A stretch of DNA of 64,000 nt from Eledone cirrhosa (Eukaryota), in assembly GCA_964016885.1 (NCBI GenBank), contig OZ024748.1:42346001-42410000 (forward strand), read 5' to 3'. Numbering within the stretch: the first letter of the stretch is position 1; each line of letters starts with the position of its first letter. Made by a program: the position numbers and the translations under genes. Of the stretch, positions 25,863 to 38,910 are shown in pieces. The notes beneath the pieces were generated by a model. That model worked only from the letters and a program-made list of their open reading frames with translations. It had not been told where the DNA came from and did no database searches.

Positions 25863-26140
25863 GGAGGCACATGGCCTAGTGGTAAGGGTGTTGGACTTAC
25901 GATCATAATGTCGCAGGCTCGATTCCTGGGTTGTGTGTTGTGTTCTTGAGCAAAACCCTTCATTTCATGTTGCTCTAGTATACTCAGCTGAAAATGAGTA
26001 CCAGTAATAGCTGGAGGTTTAACCCTGTGATGGACTGGTGTCATGTCCAGGGGGGAGTCTTGTACTCTCAGTCGCTTCACCCCATGAAACCAGGATAAGT
26101 ACTGGCCAAATGAGCCTTCTGACTTAAGACAGACTTTAGA
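25863..26140 (+). mobile_element. tRNA-derived SINE family B, absent from duplicate copy 2
   Basis: A box tggcctagtgg, B box ggctcgattcc, then ttcttgagcaaaacccttcatttc. Confidence 0.8.
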
Positions 26141-26399
26141 CTTAGATATACACACACACATACACATATGTGTGTGTTTGTGTATATGACATGTGTGTAT
26201 ATATGTATACATACATGTATATATGTATATGTATGTATATATAAACACACTCACATATATATATATATCATCATTTAACGACTTTTTCCCACGCTTGAAT
26301 GAGTTAAATGTATTGTTGTATTATGAGACAAATTAGTTTATGTGACTCAAGTCATGTGCAGGTGGGGTTCCTTTGACTGGATGACCTTCCTAACACCAA

Positions 26400-27200
26400 C
26401 CATGTTACAGGGTAGACTGAGTGCTTTTTGTTATGTCACTGAAACAACCATCCAACAGGGTGGACTGGGTGCTTTTTGTTGTGGCACCAGAATGCCCACA
26501 TTACAGAGTGGACTGGGTGCTTTTTCTTATGTTACTAACATGATCACCTTAGTGTAGACTGTGTGTTTTTTGTTATGTCACCAGAATGCCCACATTACAG
26601 AGTGGACAGGGTGCTTTTTGTTGTGGTACCAGAATGCCCACATTAAGAGTGGACTGGGTGCTTTTTGTTGTGGCACCAGAATGCCCACATTACAGAGTGG
26701 ACAGGGTGCTTTTTGTTGTGGCACCAGAATGCCCACATTACAGAGTGGACAGGGTGCTTTTTGTTGTGGTACCAGAATGCCCACATTAAGAGTGGACTGG
26801 GTGCTTTTTGTTGTGGCACCAGAATGCCCACATTAAGAGTGGACAGGGTGCTTTTTGTTGTGGCACCAGAATGCCCACATTAAGAGTGGACTGGGTGCTT
26901 TTTGTTGTGGCACCAGAATGCCCACATTACAGAGTGGACAGGGTGCTTTTTGTTGTGGCACCAGAATGCCCACATTAAGAGTGGACTGGGTGCTTTTTGT
27001 TGTGGCACCAGAATGCCCACATTACAGAGTGGACAGGGTGCTTTTTGTTGTGGCACCAGAATGCCCACATTACAGAGTGGACTGGGTGCTTTTTCTTATG
27101 TTACTAACATGACCACCTTACAGTGTAGACTGGGTGCTTTTTGTTATAGCCCCAGCACAACCACATTACAGAGTGGACTGGGTGCTTTTTGTTGTGGCAC
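26400..27200 (-). repeat. 47/48-bp minisatellite from the RTE 3'UTR (shorter array at 39360-40015)
   Basis: Unit cagagtggactgggtgctttttgttgtggcaccagaatgcccacatta, adjacent to the ttcctaacaccaacc RTE motif. Confidence 0.88.
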
Positions 27201-27339
27201 TCTATGGAGCGGTGAAGAGAAGATTAGTGCAGACAAGTGTGTCCTCTACCTGTTTGGTTCATTTCATTTCATGCACATGGGAAGGCAAGTTTTGTTTATA
27301 TGTATGTATGTATATATGTGTGTATATATATTAATATAT

Positions 27340-28432
27340 ATCATCATCATCATTTTACGTCTGCTTTTCTCTGCTTGCAAGGGTAGGACGGGTCCTATTC
27401 AGCACAGCATCTCTCCACCCATCACGGTCCTTCGTCATCTCCTCCGTGAGGTTCGGTGATCTGAGGTCTGCTCTCACCACCCCCGCCCATGTTTTACGTG
27501 GTCTACCTCTACTGCGTCTTCCTTCTACTGGGATTTCTTGGCACTTCTTTACCCAGCGGTCATCCTCCATGCGCATCACATGTCCATACCATCTCAGCCT
27601 TCTCTCCTGCGCACCACAACTTATCCCTCTTATACCCAGTTTCTTTCTCAACCTGTCTATGCTTGGTCGTTCATGCACATTCAACGGAGCATACTTGCTT
27701 CATTTCTCTCCAGCTGTCCCATATCTTCTGCAGTTGCTGCCCATGTCTCACTATCATGCAGCATCACGCATCTCACACAGGCATCATATAACCGTCCTTT
27801 CGTAAGCAGGGAGAAACCCTTCTTTGTCAACAGAGGGAGCAGCTCCCTAAACTTCTTCCAAGCCGTCCTTATTCTAGATACTATGGCCTTGGAAACCCCC
27901 CCCCCCCCCCTCCCATGCTAATCTGATCACCTAGGTACCGGAAGCTATCAACCACTTCTATAGAACCCACCTGCATTGGAAAAATGAGTCTATCACAGTG
28001 ATTACTACTGCCAACTTTCCCTGTACATCTACTGCATACATAGTTTTCCCTACCTGTTAGTTTGCCTACTATCCCACTACATCTCTTGTGTACCCAAGAT
28101 CTGCATTGCGTACATTTTATGGAATTTATGCCAGTTCCTTTCCTACATATGAAACATGGCCATTTTTCTGATGGAATCAGAGTATTGTCCTCTCTTCTAC
28201 TTATCAGCGCCTTTGTTTTAGCTATGTTCACTCTCAGGCCTCTTGATTCCAACTGCTGTTTCCATAGCCAGAATTTATTCTCTAGCTCCTTTACTGATTC
28301 TGCTATAAGAACCAGATCATCCGCATAAAGAAGTTCCCATGGGCACCCAGTCTTAAACTCCTCCGTTATGGCTTGGAGGACTATAATGAACAAGAGTGGG
28401 CTAAGGACAGAACCTTGATGTACACCTACTTG
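27340..28432 (-). mobile_element. RTE-clade LINE, divergent subfamily, truncated and disabled (duplicate 40157-41250)
   Basis: QGSVLSP, YADD, PHD-like insert, RRLRWYGHV; very short 3'UTR; (GAT)n tail. Confidence 0.92.
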
Positions 28433-28467
28433 TATTATATATATATATATGTATGTGTATACATATA

Positions 28468-31071
28468 TCATCATCATCATCATCGTTTAACGTCCGTGTT
28501 CCATGCTTGCATGGGTTTGGACGGAGGGTTTTCCCACTTGAGGCAAGAGTGGTTATCTTGCTCGCATAGGACTATCTGGCGGGTTTTCTACAGCTGGATG
28601 CCCTTCCTAACACCAACCACATTTACAGTGTGGGGCTGGGAGGTTTTTACCGTGTTGCCTACACGGCCACATTACAGCGTGAACTGTGTGTTTTTTTGAC
28701 GTGACACCTACACGATCTCATTTGTTTCGGCCTGGATGTTGTGGCACCAACATAACTTTACATTGAAAGGGGCGGTGTGGATGGGGTGGGGGTGGTGGGA
28801 CGGGGGTGTATTTTGTTAGAGATGCCTACTGACTAGTAGGTTTTACTTTGTATTTAGGTAAGGCGGGTCTTCTCTGTTACTGAGTACCGCCAAAGGTCTC
28901 GGTCCAGTGACATTGTCTTGGTGAGGTGTAAGTGTGTGAGGTCAGAATTTATCAGCTCGTCCCATGTTTTTCTGGGTCTGCCTACTCCGTGGCTACCGAC
29001 TATCTTTATTGCCCTGCACTTTGTTATACAGCTATCGTCCTTCATGCGCATCACGTGACCATACCAACGTAGCCTTCTCTCGAGTAAACAACATCTGATC
29101 CCTCTTATTTCTAATTTTTTCCTTAGTTCGTTTATGCTTTGCCGTTCACGTATATTACTATTACACATCCAGCGGAGCATGCAAGCTTCGTTTCTCTCTA
29201 GTCTGCGTATATCCTCTGCACACAATGCCCAGGTCTCACTGCCGTGCAACATTGCTGTTCGTATGCAGGCATCGTACAACCTGCCTTTCATTTTTAGGGA
29301 GAACCCTTTAGCGGCTAATAGTGGTATGAGCTCTCTGAACTTTTTCCACCCAGTTCTGACTCTAGCTACTGTACTTTCAGAGCACCCTCCCCCACTGCTG
29401 ATTTTGTCACCCAGGTAACAGAAGCTGTCCACTATTTCTATAGAACCATCTGTGCAATGGAATGAGCTAGTATTCTGTGGGCACTTGCTGCTACTTATTG
29501 CACCAGAGCACCGGCCACATGTAAAATCTATGTTCTTAGTTAGCTTACCTGTGATCCCACTACATCTTTTATGCACCCATACTTTGCATTTGGGACATAA
29601 AATGGAGTTTCTACCTACGCCTTTCCTACACACTGAGCATGGCCATTTCCCGGAGGGGACCGGCGCCTTATTTTCTTTCCTACAAACTAGAACTTTAGTC
29701 TTAGCCAGGTTAATTTTAAGGCCTTTTGATTCTAGGCCGTGCTTCCATGTTTGGAATTTCTTCTCTAGCTCGGCCATTGATTCAGCTATGAGCGTTAGAT
29801 CATCTGCGTATAGGAGTTCCCATGGGCAGCCGGTCTTGAACTCTTCTGTTATAGCCTGAAGGGCAATAATAAATAGTAGGGGGCTAAGAACAGAGCCCTG
29901 ATGGACACCAACTTTTACGCTAAACTCTTCACTATATTCGTTGTTAATTCTAACCTTGCTGACTGTTTCTTTATACATGGCTTGTATGGCTCTCACAAGC
30001 CATTCGTCAACACCTAGTTTTCTAAGAGCCCACCAGATAATGGAACGGGGGACTCTGTCGAAGGCTTTCTCCAAGTTGACAAAAGCTAAGTATAGGGGTT
30101 TACTTTTAGCTAGGTACTTCTCCTGTAGTTGTTGTACAATGAAAAGAGCGTCTGTGGTACTTTTGCCTGACACAAACCGGAACTGCATTTCATCTAGGTC
30201 AATTCTCTCTCTGATTAGTTGCGCTATTACTTTTTCCGTGACCTTCATGACCTGGTCAATTAATTTAATGCCTCTATAGTTACTCCTATCTAGGGCGTCT
30301 CCTTTACCCTTGTAACAGTTAACGATGATGCTGCTACGCCAGTCCTTCGGAACAACCCCATTCTGTATGACTTGGTTTACTATCCGGGTGACCATAGTGT
30401 GTCCCACCGTACCGGAGGCTTTCAGCATTTCAGCAACTATTTCCGAAGGCCCAGCCGCCTTACCCGTCTTCATATCTTTGATTGCCTTACTTATTATACT
30501 ACCTTCGACTAACACTGCTGGTCCCTCTATTGGGTCGATGTGGGGGAGACTGTCTTTCTCCCATATATTCTCCTCATTTAGTAGCATTTCGTAGTGACAC
30601 TTCCAAGCTACCTTCTTATCAGCGTCAGTGATGGTAAGTACGCCATCATCGTTAAGGACACACTTCTCCCCGACAATATCACGGTTTTCCTTGACACATT
30701 GCCTAGCAATCCTGAACACCTCACGTTTTTGGTCCTGCTTGAACTTTCTTTCCTCTGCTTCCCTTCTTGCGAAGTACACTTGTCTCCTAGCTTCCCTCCT
30801 GGCCACTTGATAGTCTTCTCTACTTCCCCCATCCCGCCATGCTTTCCAAGCCTGCTTTTTGGCCTTGATTGACGCCTCCACCTTACTGTTCCACCACCAT
30901 GTTACTCTCCTCCTGCCTACAGGCCTGCTCCAGCCACAGACTTCGTCTGCCGCCATCAGCAGGTTTGCTTTCAGGAATTCCCACTGTTCCTCTACCTTGT
31001 ACGACTCTAATTTCTCTTCCTTACTGTCGAAAGCATCAAGTAATATGCTTTGAAATTTATTTCTGGCTGTG
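28468..31071 (-). mobile_element. RTE-clade LINE, duplicate of 18640-21257, open frame 28854-30956
   Basis: 700 aa; 15-bp in-frame deletion and FVD>FVN change relative to copy 1. Confidence 0.96.
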
Positions 31072-31092
31072 TTATTATGTTATATTATATTA

Positions 31093-31663
31093 CTCGCAGT
31101 GGTACCCGGCGTTGCACGGGATAAGGTATTGCCGCCAACTGACCTAATCGTGGAAAAACTGCATGCCTGGACAATATGTAAAGAAAATAAACCAAAGATT
31201 TTACTCGATGAAGCAGGAAAAATGCAGGTTTTCACCTAATCCGGACCCTAGGGGATCAAGAAAAGGAATTTTTTTTATGTGCATAATATGCCTTGAAATT
31301 TCGGGAAAATCGTCTCAAAAAAGACCTAAAAAGCTGAAAAAATGAAGTTTTTCACCTAATGCGGGCCCTAGGCCATAAAAAAGTTGGATTTTCTTTGCTC
31401 ATCGTATGAAGAAGAGACTGACTAATACATAGTTACAATTTCAAGGAAATCGGTCTGACGTAACGCCTCAAAACACCCCTAAAAAGCTGAAAAAACGCAG
31501 TTTTCACCTAATGCGGGCCCTAGGGGATCAAAAAGTTGAGTTTTTTATGTGCATAACACTCCCTCAAACATAAGTAATACACATGTAAAGTTTGAAAAAC
31601 ATCGGTTCGGTACTTCTTGAGTTTTAGGGATTCAAACTCATGCACGCACGCACGCACGCACAC

Positions 31664-31735
<72 letters not shown>

Positions 31736-31756
31736 CCTCAGTTTTATATATATAGA
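31093..31756 (-). mobile_element. Non-autonomous Helitron (duplicate)
   Basis: As 21279-21949. Confidence 0.8.
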
Positions 31757-32737
31757 AATTACTTAGAAATAGCATACCCGAGTTGCCCAAAGTCAACTCA
31801 ACCGAAGTACAACGAAAGGGCTTCACTCTGGGAGGACCACCTAACTGATCATGGTTAATCCCTGGCCATGGTTAACCCCAGGTAAGTATGATAGAGGGTA
31901 TTACATTATATAATTCCATACTAGCGTGGAAGAATGGACGTAAAAGGGTGACAATGATGATGATGATTGTTATATAATTAATATACGTGAAGAAGCTAGA
32001 AAATAGGGCAAAGACCCTTAATGACGGAAAAAGAAGCTGCCATATCTGCCGCTGTGTTATATATAATGGTTTTTTATATCGGCACAAGGCCAGCAATTTA
32101 GGGGGGCGAGGGAGGTCAATTAAATCGGCCCCAGTGCATGACTGGTACTTTATTTTATCGACCCCGTAAGGATGAAAGGTAAAGTTAACTTCGGCGGGAT
32201 TTGAACTCAGACCGTAAAGGGCCGTAACTCTCTGCTGCAAAGCATGGCGTCCGACTCTCTATCAATACTGGCAATCCACCTATAATGTAATACATTAGAT
32301 AGAATATAATGTTGAGAGTGATATAAGGCTAAACAGCACAACATGTAATATAGTCGATTAACTGTCACTTGGCTTGTGGTGTATGTGTGTGTGTATATGT
32401 GTGTGTGTATGTATGTGTGTATGTGTGTGTGTATGTGTGTGTGTATGTGTGTGTGTATGTATGTGTGTATGTGTATGTGCGCGTTGGGGAGTGATTGTGT
32501 GTATGTGTGTGTGGGGGTTATTGTATGAATGTTTGTGGGGGTTTGTGTATGTGTGTGGGCTGTTTGTGTTTTTGTCTCTATGTGTGTGTGTGTGTGTTGG
32601 AGATGATTGTGTGTGGGTTTTGTGTATGTGCATGTGAGGTGTGTGTGTGTGTGTATGTTCAGTCTGAAGGTTTGTTTATATTTCCAAAAGGAAACTTAAG
32701 ATCCAATAAAAAAATATATATATATATACATATATAT

Positions 32738-32816
<79 letters not shown>

Positions 32817-33066
32817 CTAGACATGAAAAATGCGCAAGCTCAAAAGTGCCACAGAATGTTATAATAAACCTTCAAAAGTGTGGGACTAGAGTTGTTGCTA
32901 AAAAATATTGTAATCATTATATATCGTACATTCTGTGGCATCCTTTATAAAAATAGCTTAAACCAACGAAGCCTTTATTTTTACGCTATTTCACTTAGTT
33001 AATTCTTAGAGTGTAACATATAAAAATATGATTTACAACTATAAAATAAATTAATTAATATAATAA

Positions 33067-33154
33067 CAGAGCTGCGGAGCTGAAATTTAGGAAATAATGG
33101 AGTATCGGATCCTGAGTTGGAGCCAGTCAATTTTTGACCGACTCCGCAGCCCTG
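33067..33154. mobile_element. hAT-type MITE (88 bp)
   Basis: TIRs cagagctgcggag / ctccgcagccctg; 8-bp TSD tataataa / tataatac. Confidence 0.7.
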
Positions 33155-33557
33155 TATAATACATTTCATATTAAAGTTATTAATAAACCTATTTTACACT
33201 TCATGCAAATTACCACGAGATATTGATATTAGATATAAGATACAGCGCAATATCTACAGCTGTAAAAGTACGAAAGCGAAGTAATAATAAGTGGCTTAAG
33301 GTAATTCCAATATGAAAGTTTGTAGTGATAAAAATTTGATAATGCAATACGATTGTTAATATTATAGTTCTATGAAAATGTAACAATAGATAACTAAATT
33401 ATTTTACTATTAGTATATTTAAGAAATTATCATTATAGATTTGATCGTTCATATAAGCATCATATTAAGTTTCAACACAATTATTTTGTTACTATGAGTA
33501 TATGATAATAATATTACGTAATTATTTATAGCTGTTATTACATTAAACATAGATGTA

Positions 33558-33743
33558 AGGGCGGTGGATTGGCAGTATCGGTAGAGGGTCGGACGCCATG
33601 CTTTCCAGCATAGTTACGTCCCTTTACGATCTGAGTTCAAATCCCGCCGAGGTTGACTTTGCCTTTCATCCTTACGGGGTCGATAAAATAAAGTACCAGT
33701 AATGCACTGGGTGATTGCTGGCCTTGTGCCTAAAGTAGAAACA
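33558..33743 (+). mobile_element. Full-length tRNA-derived SINE family A
   Basis: A box tggcagtatcgg, B box gagttcaaatcc; perfect 21-bp TSD attacattaaacatagatgta (33537-33557 and 33744-33764). Confidence 0.92.
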
Positions 33744-34537
33744 ATTACATTAAACATAGATGTATTTATTTTTATATGTTACACTCTAAGAATTAACTAA
33801 GTGAAATAGCGTAAAAATAAAGGCTTCGTTGGTTTAAGCTATTTTTATAAAGGATGCCACAGAATGTACGATATATAATGATTACAATATTTTTTAGCAA
33901 CAACTCTAGTCCCACACTTTTGAAGGTTTATTATAACATTCTGTGGCACTTTTGAGCTTGCGCATTTTTCATGTCTAGTTTAATATTTTTTTAAGGCAAC
34001 GCTTGTAATAACTCTAGTTAAACAGGATATATATTAATAATAAATTATCGTTGTAATGTAATTAGATTATGTAATTGTTATTATAAATTATCTTATAAAT
34101 ATTAGTGTAAGATGTATAAAAATATTTTCAGACTTTTAATATAAACAACTACAAAAAACAATCAATATTAAATCAATATATTATACATAATAGAAAACAT
34201 AAAATATACAATACAAAAACAAAATATTTACATACATTTGCAATTATCAGTGTATATACATTTTCTTTATATTCCCTGAGCAAATTAATAAGATTTGTTT
34301 TTATTGTACATAATTTGATGACTTGTTGGAGTGTATTAAAAGATAGCAACAATTTGTGATTAAATTGTTATCTTAAGCAACTCACTTTTTAATAGTTGTT
34401 GGCTGAGCGAAATTGTAAAAGCCTATGAGCAAATATAAAAAAAAATACACAAACAACATTTCCTTGTGTTATTACAACATTAGATAAAATAATTGAGCAA
34501 TGTCGTTATATTTTGCTCTTATTGCACATTAATAGTG

Positions 34538-34702
34538 TTTCTATTTTTCGGCACAAATCCATTACGGCAGTCCATTACTGGTACTTTATTTTATCGAATT
34601 AGTAAGTATGAAAGTCGAAGTTAACCTCGGCAGGATTTGAACTTAGAATGCAAAGGACCATAACAATACTGCAAAGCATGGTGTCTGACGCTCTACCAAT
34701 AC
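34538..34702 (-). mobile_element. Degenerate SINE family A
   Basis: Similar to 33558-33743. Confidence 0.75.
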
Positions 34703-35093
34703 TTGTGTTGAGCTGGTCATTAATTTATGGTGGTCGTGCGTGAAGTAGAGCAATCGCTAGTTGAAATATTATGAACAAAACATTTTTATTTGCCGAAGAA
34801 CATATTTTCAATACTGTTTGTGAATGTGACGAAGGAAATACATTCTGATATGGAACAGTGTACAAAGTGTGTCTGTGAATAACATAATGTTACCTCATGT
34901 TGTTGTCAAGACATAATGGATTTCGTTTATCCAGTTAGAAGATGAAACCTAGCCATCTCGGATTAGTTATATTTCATGCCATGTGTAAACGTGTTTGAGG
35001 ATAGCAAAATATGCGCGTTAATTATAATAATTAGTTAATAATATTACAAAATATACCTAATTAAACTCTTTGCTTGAAATTTTATCATTCTTC

Positions 35094-35172
<79 letters not shown>

Positions 35173-35396
35173 TCTAGTCCTTCGCTCAAGATTAATCTAT
35201 AAGTTTAGATGTTTGCCTTCGTTTAAGTAAATATTACAGTAAGATTTTTAATATAAACAACTGCAAAAAACAATTAATATTAAAACGAAAAAGTTATCAA
35301 TGATAAAAGAAGCGGATGCAACTTTTTTTTTTATAAAGTTATATTCCTGTTTCTTTAAAGAACATTTCATTTTTGTTCTATTGTAGGCGAAATAAT

Positions 35397-35582
35397 TGTT
35401 TCTACTTTAGGCACAAGGCCAGCAAATTACCCAGTACATTACTGGTACTTTATTTTATCGACCCCGTAAGGATGAAAGGCAAAGTTAACCTCGGCGGGAT
35501 TTGGACTCAGACTGTAAAGGGACGTAACTATGCTAGAAAGCATGGCGTCCAACCCTCTACCGATACTGCTAATTCACCGCCC
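35397..35582 (-). mobile_element. Full-length SINE family A
   Basis: 15-bp TSD tgtaggcgaaataat. Confidence 0.9.
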
Positions 35583-36767
35583 TGTAGGCGAAATAATGCA
35601 ATGGTTTAATAGGGAAGATATAACTTACGAATTATGTCTCTAACCGTGTAACGCTTTTTAAGTAGATAACTACAATTGAAAATACTAAAGAAATGGAACC
35701 AACAATTCAATTTGAAAGTCGTCTAGTGACAGTGTATTACTGGTACTTTATTTTATCGACCCCGTAACGATGAAAGGCAAAAATGCAAATGCTTAAAATT
35801 TAAATTGCCTTAATTCTATCGTCTGCTGTTTCATTAAAGGGAGATTATCGTCTGTATTTAATTCTATCGTCTACTGTTCCACTAAACAGATATACCTCCA
35901 CTATCGTCTCTATTTATACATTTTAACTTATAACTTATACACATTTGATTTGAAATATTTTATCTAGTCCCCCCTCTCAATATTATGATGATTTCTTTCG
36001 AATGAAACAGTTCTAGTCCTGTAGAAGCCATTTATATATATAATTGAACTGAGTTAAAAATTCACAATATTTATAATTAAATAAGCTCATATATATATGT
36101 GTGTATTTATCTGTTTATTGTATTATATATAATGTGTGTATATACAGGATGTCCCCCAAAAATATATACACACTTCAACAGCATTCTAATAACTATTGCC
36201 TGTACAGGTAATCAAAGTGTCAATCGAATGTTAGTTTCGTGTTTTAACAGTACAAATTTACAATACACACATAAAACCAGTGTATATACATACATGAGTG
36301 TGTATACACATACATGAATGTGTATATACAATATATATATATATATATAGACACATGTATTCACGGTGCAACGGTACATTAAAATATAGATGCGGGAGAG
36401 GGGGTGTATATATAGGGGCGCTGGGGATAAAGGAGTGTAAAGCGTGTGTAATTGATATATTGAAGGAGAGGAGCGTGCAGCGATAGAGTAACAAATATAT
36501 AGAGAGGGGGAGAGATGGTATTGAAGGGGAGGAGTGCAAAGCGAAAGAGTAAGAGATATAAATAGAGACGGAACAGATAGAGAGAAACAGGCGTAAGTAA
36601 CAGTGGAAGAGATATAGAGAGAGGTACTCTGATTGGTTGAAAATTAGCCAATGACATACGATCACCACCACGGCTATCCCCGAAAAATTTTTAAAGACAT
36701 ATATGTTAGAACACGAAAAGTGAACATTCTGTGTTTCACACTTTTCGTGTTCTAACAGATATATATA

Positions 36768-37122
36768 TATAAAGAAAAAGAGATGAAATCGAAAATGCAA
36801 CTGGAGTCTTATTTTTTTAAAAAATATATATATTTATTTGGTTCCTTTACCGGTTTCGCAGTTCTTCTGCTTTTCAAAAGGTGAGTTGAGATGGAGGGTC
36901 TGTAAGGTGAGTTGAGATGGAGGGTCTGTACAGACTCTCCATCTCAACTCACCTTTTGAAAAGCAGAAGAACTGCGAAACCGGTAAAGGAACCAAATAAA
37001 TATATATATTTTTAAAAAAAATAAGACTCCAGTTGCATTTTCGATTTCATTTCTTTTTCTTTATACATTCACTCGTGTAGGACACCTCGGTTATTTTTCA
37101 CTCTGTAAAAAAACCCTCACTT

Positions 37123-37125
<3 letters not shown>
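36768..37125. mobile_element. Palindromic pLTR pair (duplicate of 23011-23368) with inverted centre
   Basis: Same arms and hammerheads; the central segment is the reverse complement of that in copy 1. Confidence 0.85.
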
Positions 37126-37159
<34 letters not shown>

Positions 37160-37312
37160 TATATATATACATATATACATGTATCATCATTGTACGTCTG
37201 CTTTTCATATATATATATATATACATATAATATATCTATATATATATATATAAACATATATATATAAACATATATATATATATATATATAAACATATATA
37301 TATATATATATA

Positions 37313-37347
<35 letters not shown>

Positions 37348-37440
37348 ATATATATATATATATATAAACATATATATATATATATATATAAACATATATA
37401 TATATATAAACATATATATATAAACATATATATATATATA

Positions 37441-37518
<78 letters not shown>

Positions 37519-37889
37519 TAAACGGAAAAGAAAATGCTGACAAATTGTTCACAGTGAAAAATAGTTTAATTAGCAATAAGTGAGAATTAGTAATAGTACT
37601 GGTTAGTATTCAGTTTTGTTTTTAAGTTTTACCGGTTGCGCATTTCTAATGCTTTTCAAAAATAATTTTGAGATAGAGCGTCCGTGATGTTTGCAAACAT
37701 CACGGACGCTCTATCTCAAAACCAAAACTGAATACTAACCAGTACTATTACTAATTCTCACTTATTCCTAATTAAACTATTTTTCACTGTGAACAATTTG
37801 TCAGCATTTTCTTTTCCGTTTACCAATATATCATAACTTGTGTGTTACACCTCTATTCTTTTAAATATATATATAAACATATATATATA

Positions 37890-37934
<45 letters not shown>

Positions 37935-38059
37935 TTGTGTGTGTGAGTGTGTGTCTACATAAAATAAACAAATAAATAAAATAAATAAGATAAAATAAAA
38001 TAAAATTATGGAGAATAAAAGCAAAGATATAAAATGAAAGGATTTTGTAAATGTCTTAC

Positions 38060-38131
38060 TCTTTTTCTATGAGTGATGGTACTTCGACGGTAATATGATT
38101 CCTGGATATTATTTGGGGTATATAACTCCAT
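38060..38131 (-). CDS. Probable start-codon exon of the TRPM2-like gene, duplicate copy 2
   Basis: Same peptide and splice signals as 24561-24632, inside the tandem duplication. Confidence 0.5.
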
Positions 38132-38879
38132 CAGGATGATAAAACTATCAAAATTAACACAAGCCAAAGGAACATGGAGCAACTTATGTAATGAAAGGTT
38201 GTTGAATTCTCTCCAATGCTTATAAACTAGTAAATATATCCCACTTTCCAATGTTTCAACTATGAACAGCTTGTGAATATATCCTGCTGAACGAGTTTGG
38301 GTGGAAGTATTTCTGTACAGAAATTTTAGTCAGACAAGCATGTAAATTTTTTTAATCCAATAGGAAATAAGAATTTATAATAATACAGTTTTAGTTCTAA
38401 TTAAGGATGCTAAATAATAATAGTAATTAGACACTTGATAATAAAATTGGTGGCTATTATTGTATTTAGAAGCCAAACACTTAATAAAACAATTTATAAG
38501 AATACTCAAAGAGTAAAATAGCAGGCTTGAGGAAGATCCATGAAAGCTACTTTGTAAATGTGTTAGATAGAAATAGTGCAATGTTATAGCTAGAGATATA
38601 CATCCATAATGATGGATTCTTGTGTAAACTATTGATTTATATTTACAGACAACACACGATAACACACACTATATAGAAACTCTTAAAAAGCCACACGAGA
38701 AAATAAATGGAGCCAGCTTGCTGTATGAATATGTTGACGTCAAAAATCGAAATCATTGTCCGTAAATAAGACAGTTGAAATATTATTTAAAATGGTCCAA
38801 TTATTTTATGTGTGTATAGGTATGTGTGTGTATGTATCTATGTGTGTGTATGTATCTATGTGTGTATGTGTGTACGTAT

Positions 38880-38910
<31 letters not shown>

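Larger units (their letters stand above)
32817..36759 (-). mobile_element. ~3.9-kb copy-specific insert, candidate rolling-circle (Helitron/Helentron-like) composite
   Basis: Minus strand A|TCTGTTAG...CATGTCTAG|T; subterminal inverted 11-mer cacagaatgtt (32850) / aacattctgtg (36723); terminal hairpin 36704-36756; internal ~210-bp inverted repeat. Confidence 0.45.

Noticed and set aside
33767-33820. Hammerhead in the 32817-33978 inverted repeat (ctctaaga...gaaatagcgta)
   Set aside because: Core lacks the CUGANGA spacing and stems I/II do not pair convincingly.
36143-36260. Tc1/mariner terminus (tacaggatgtccccc)
   Set aside because: No matching opposite TIR or transposase found; too little to call.
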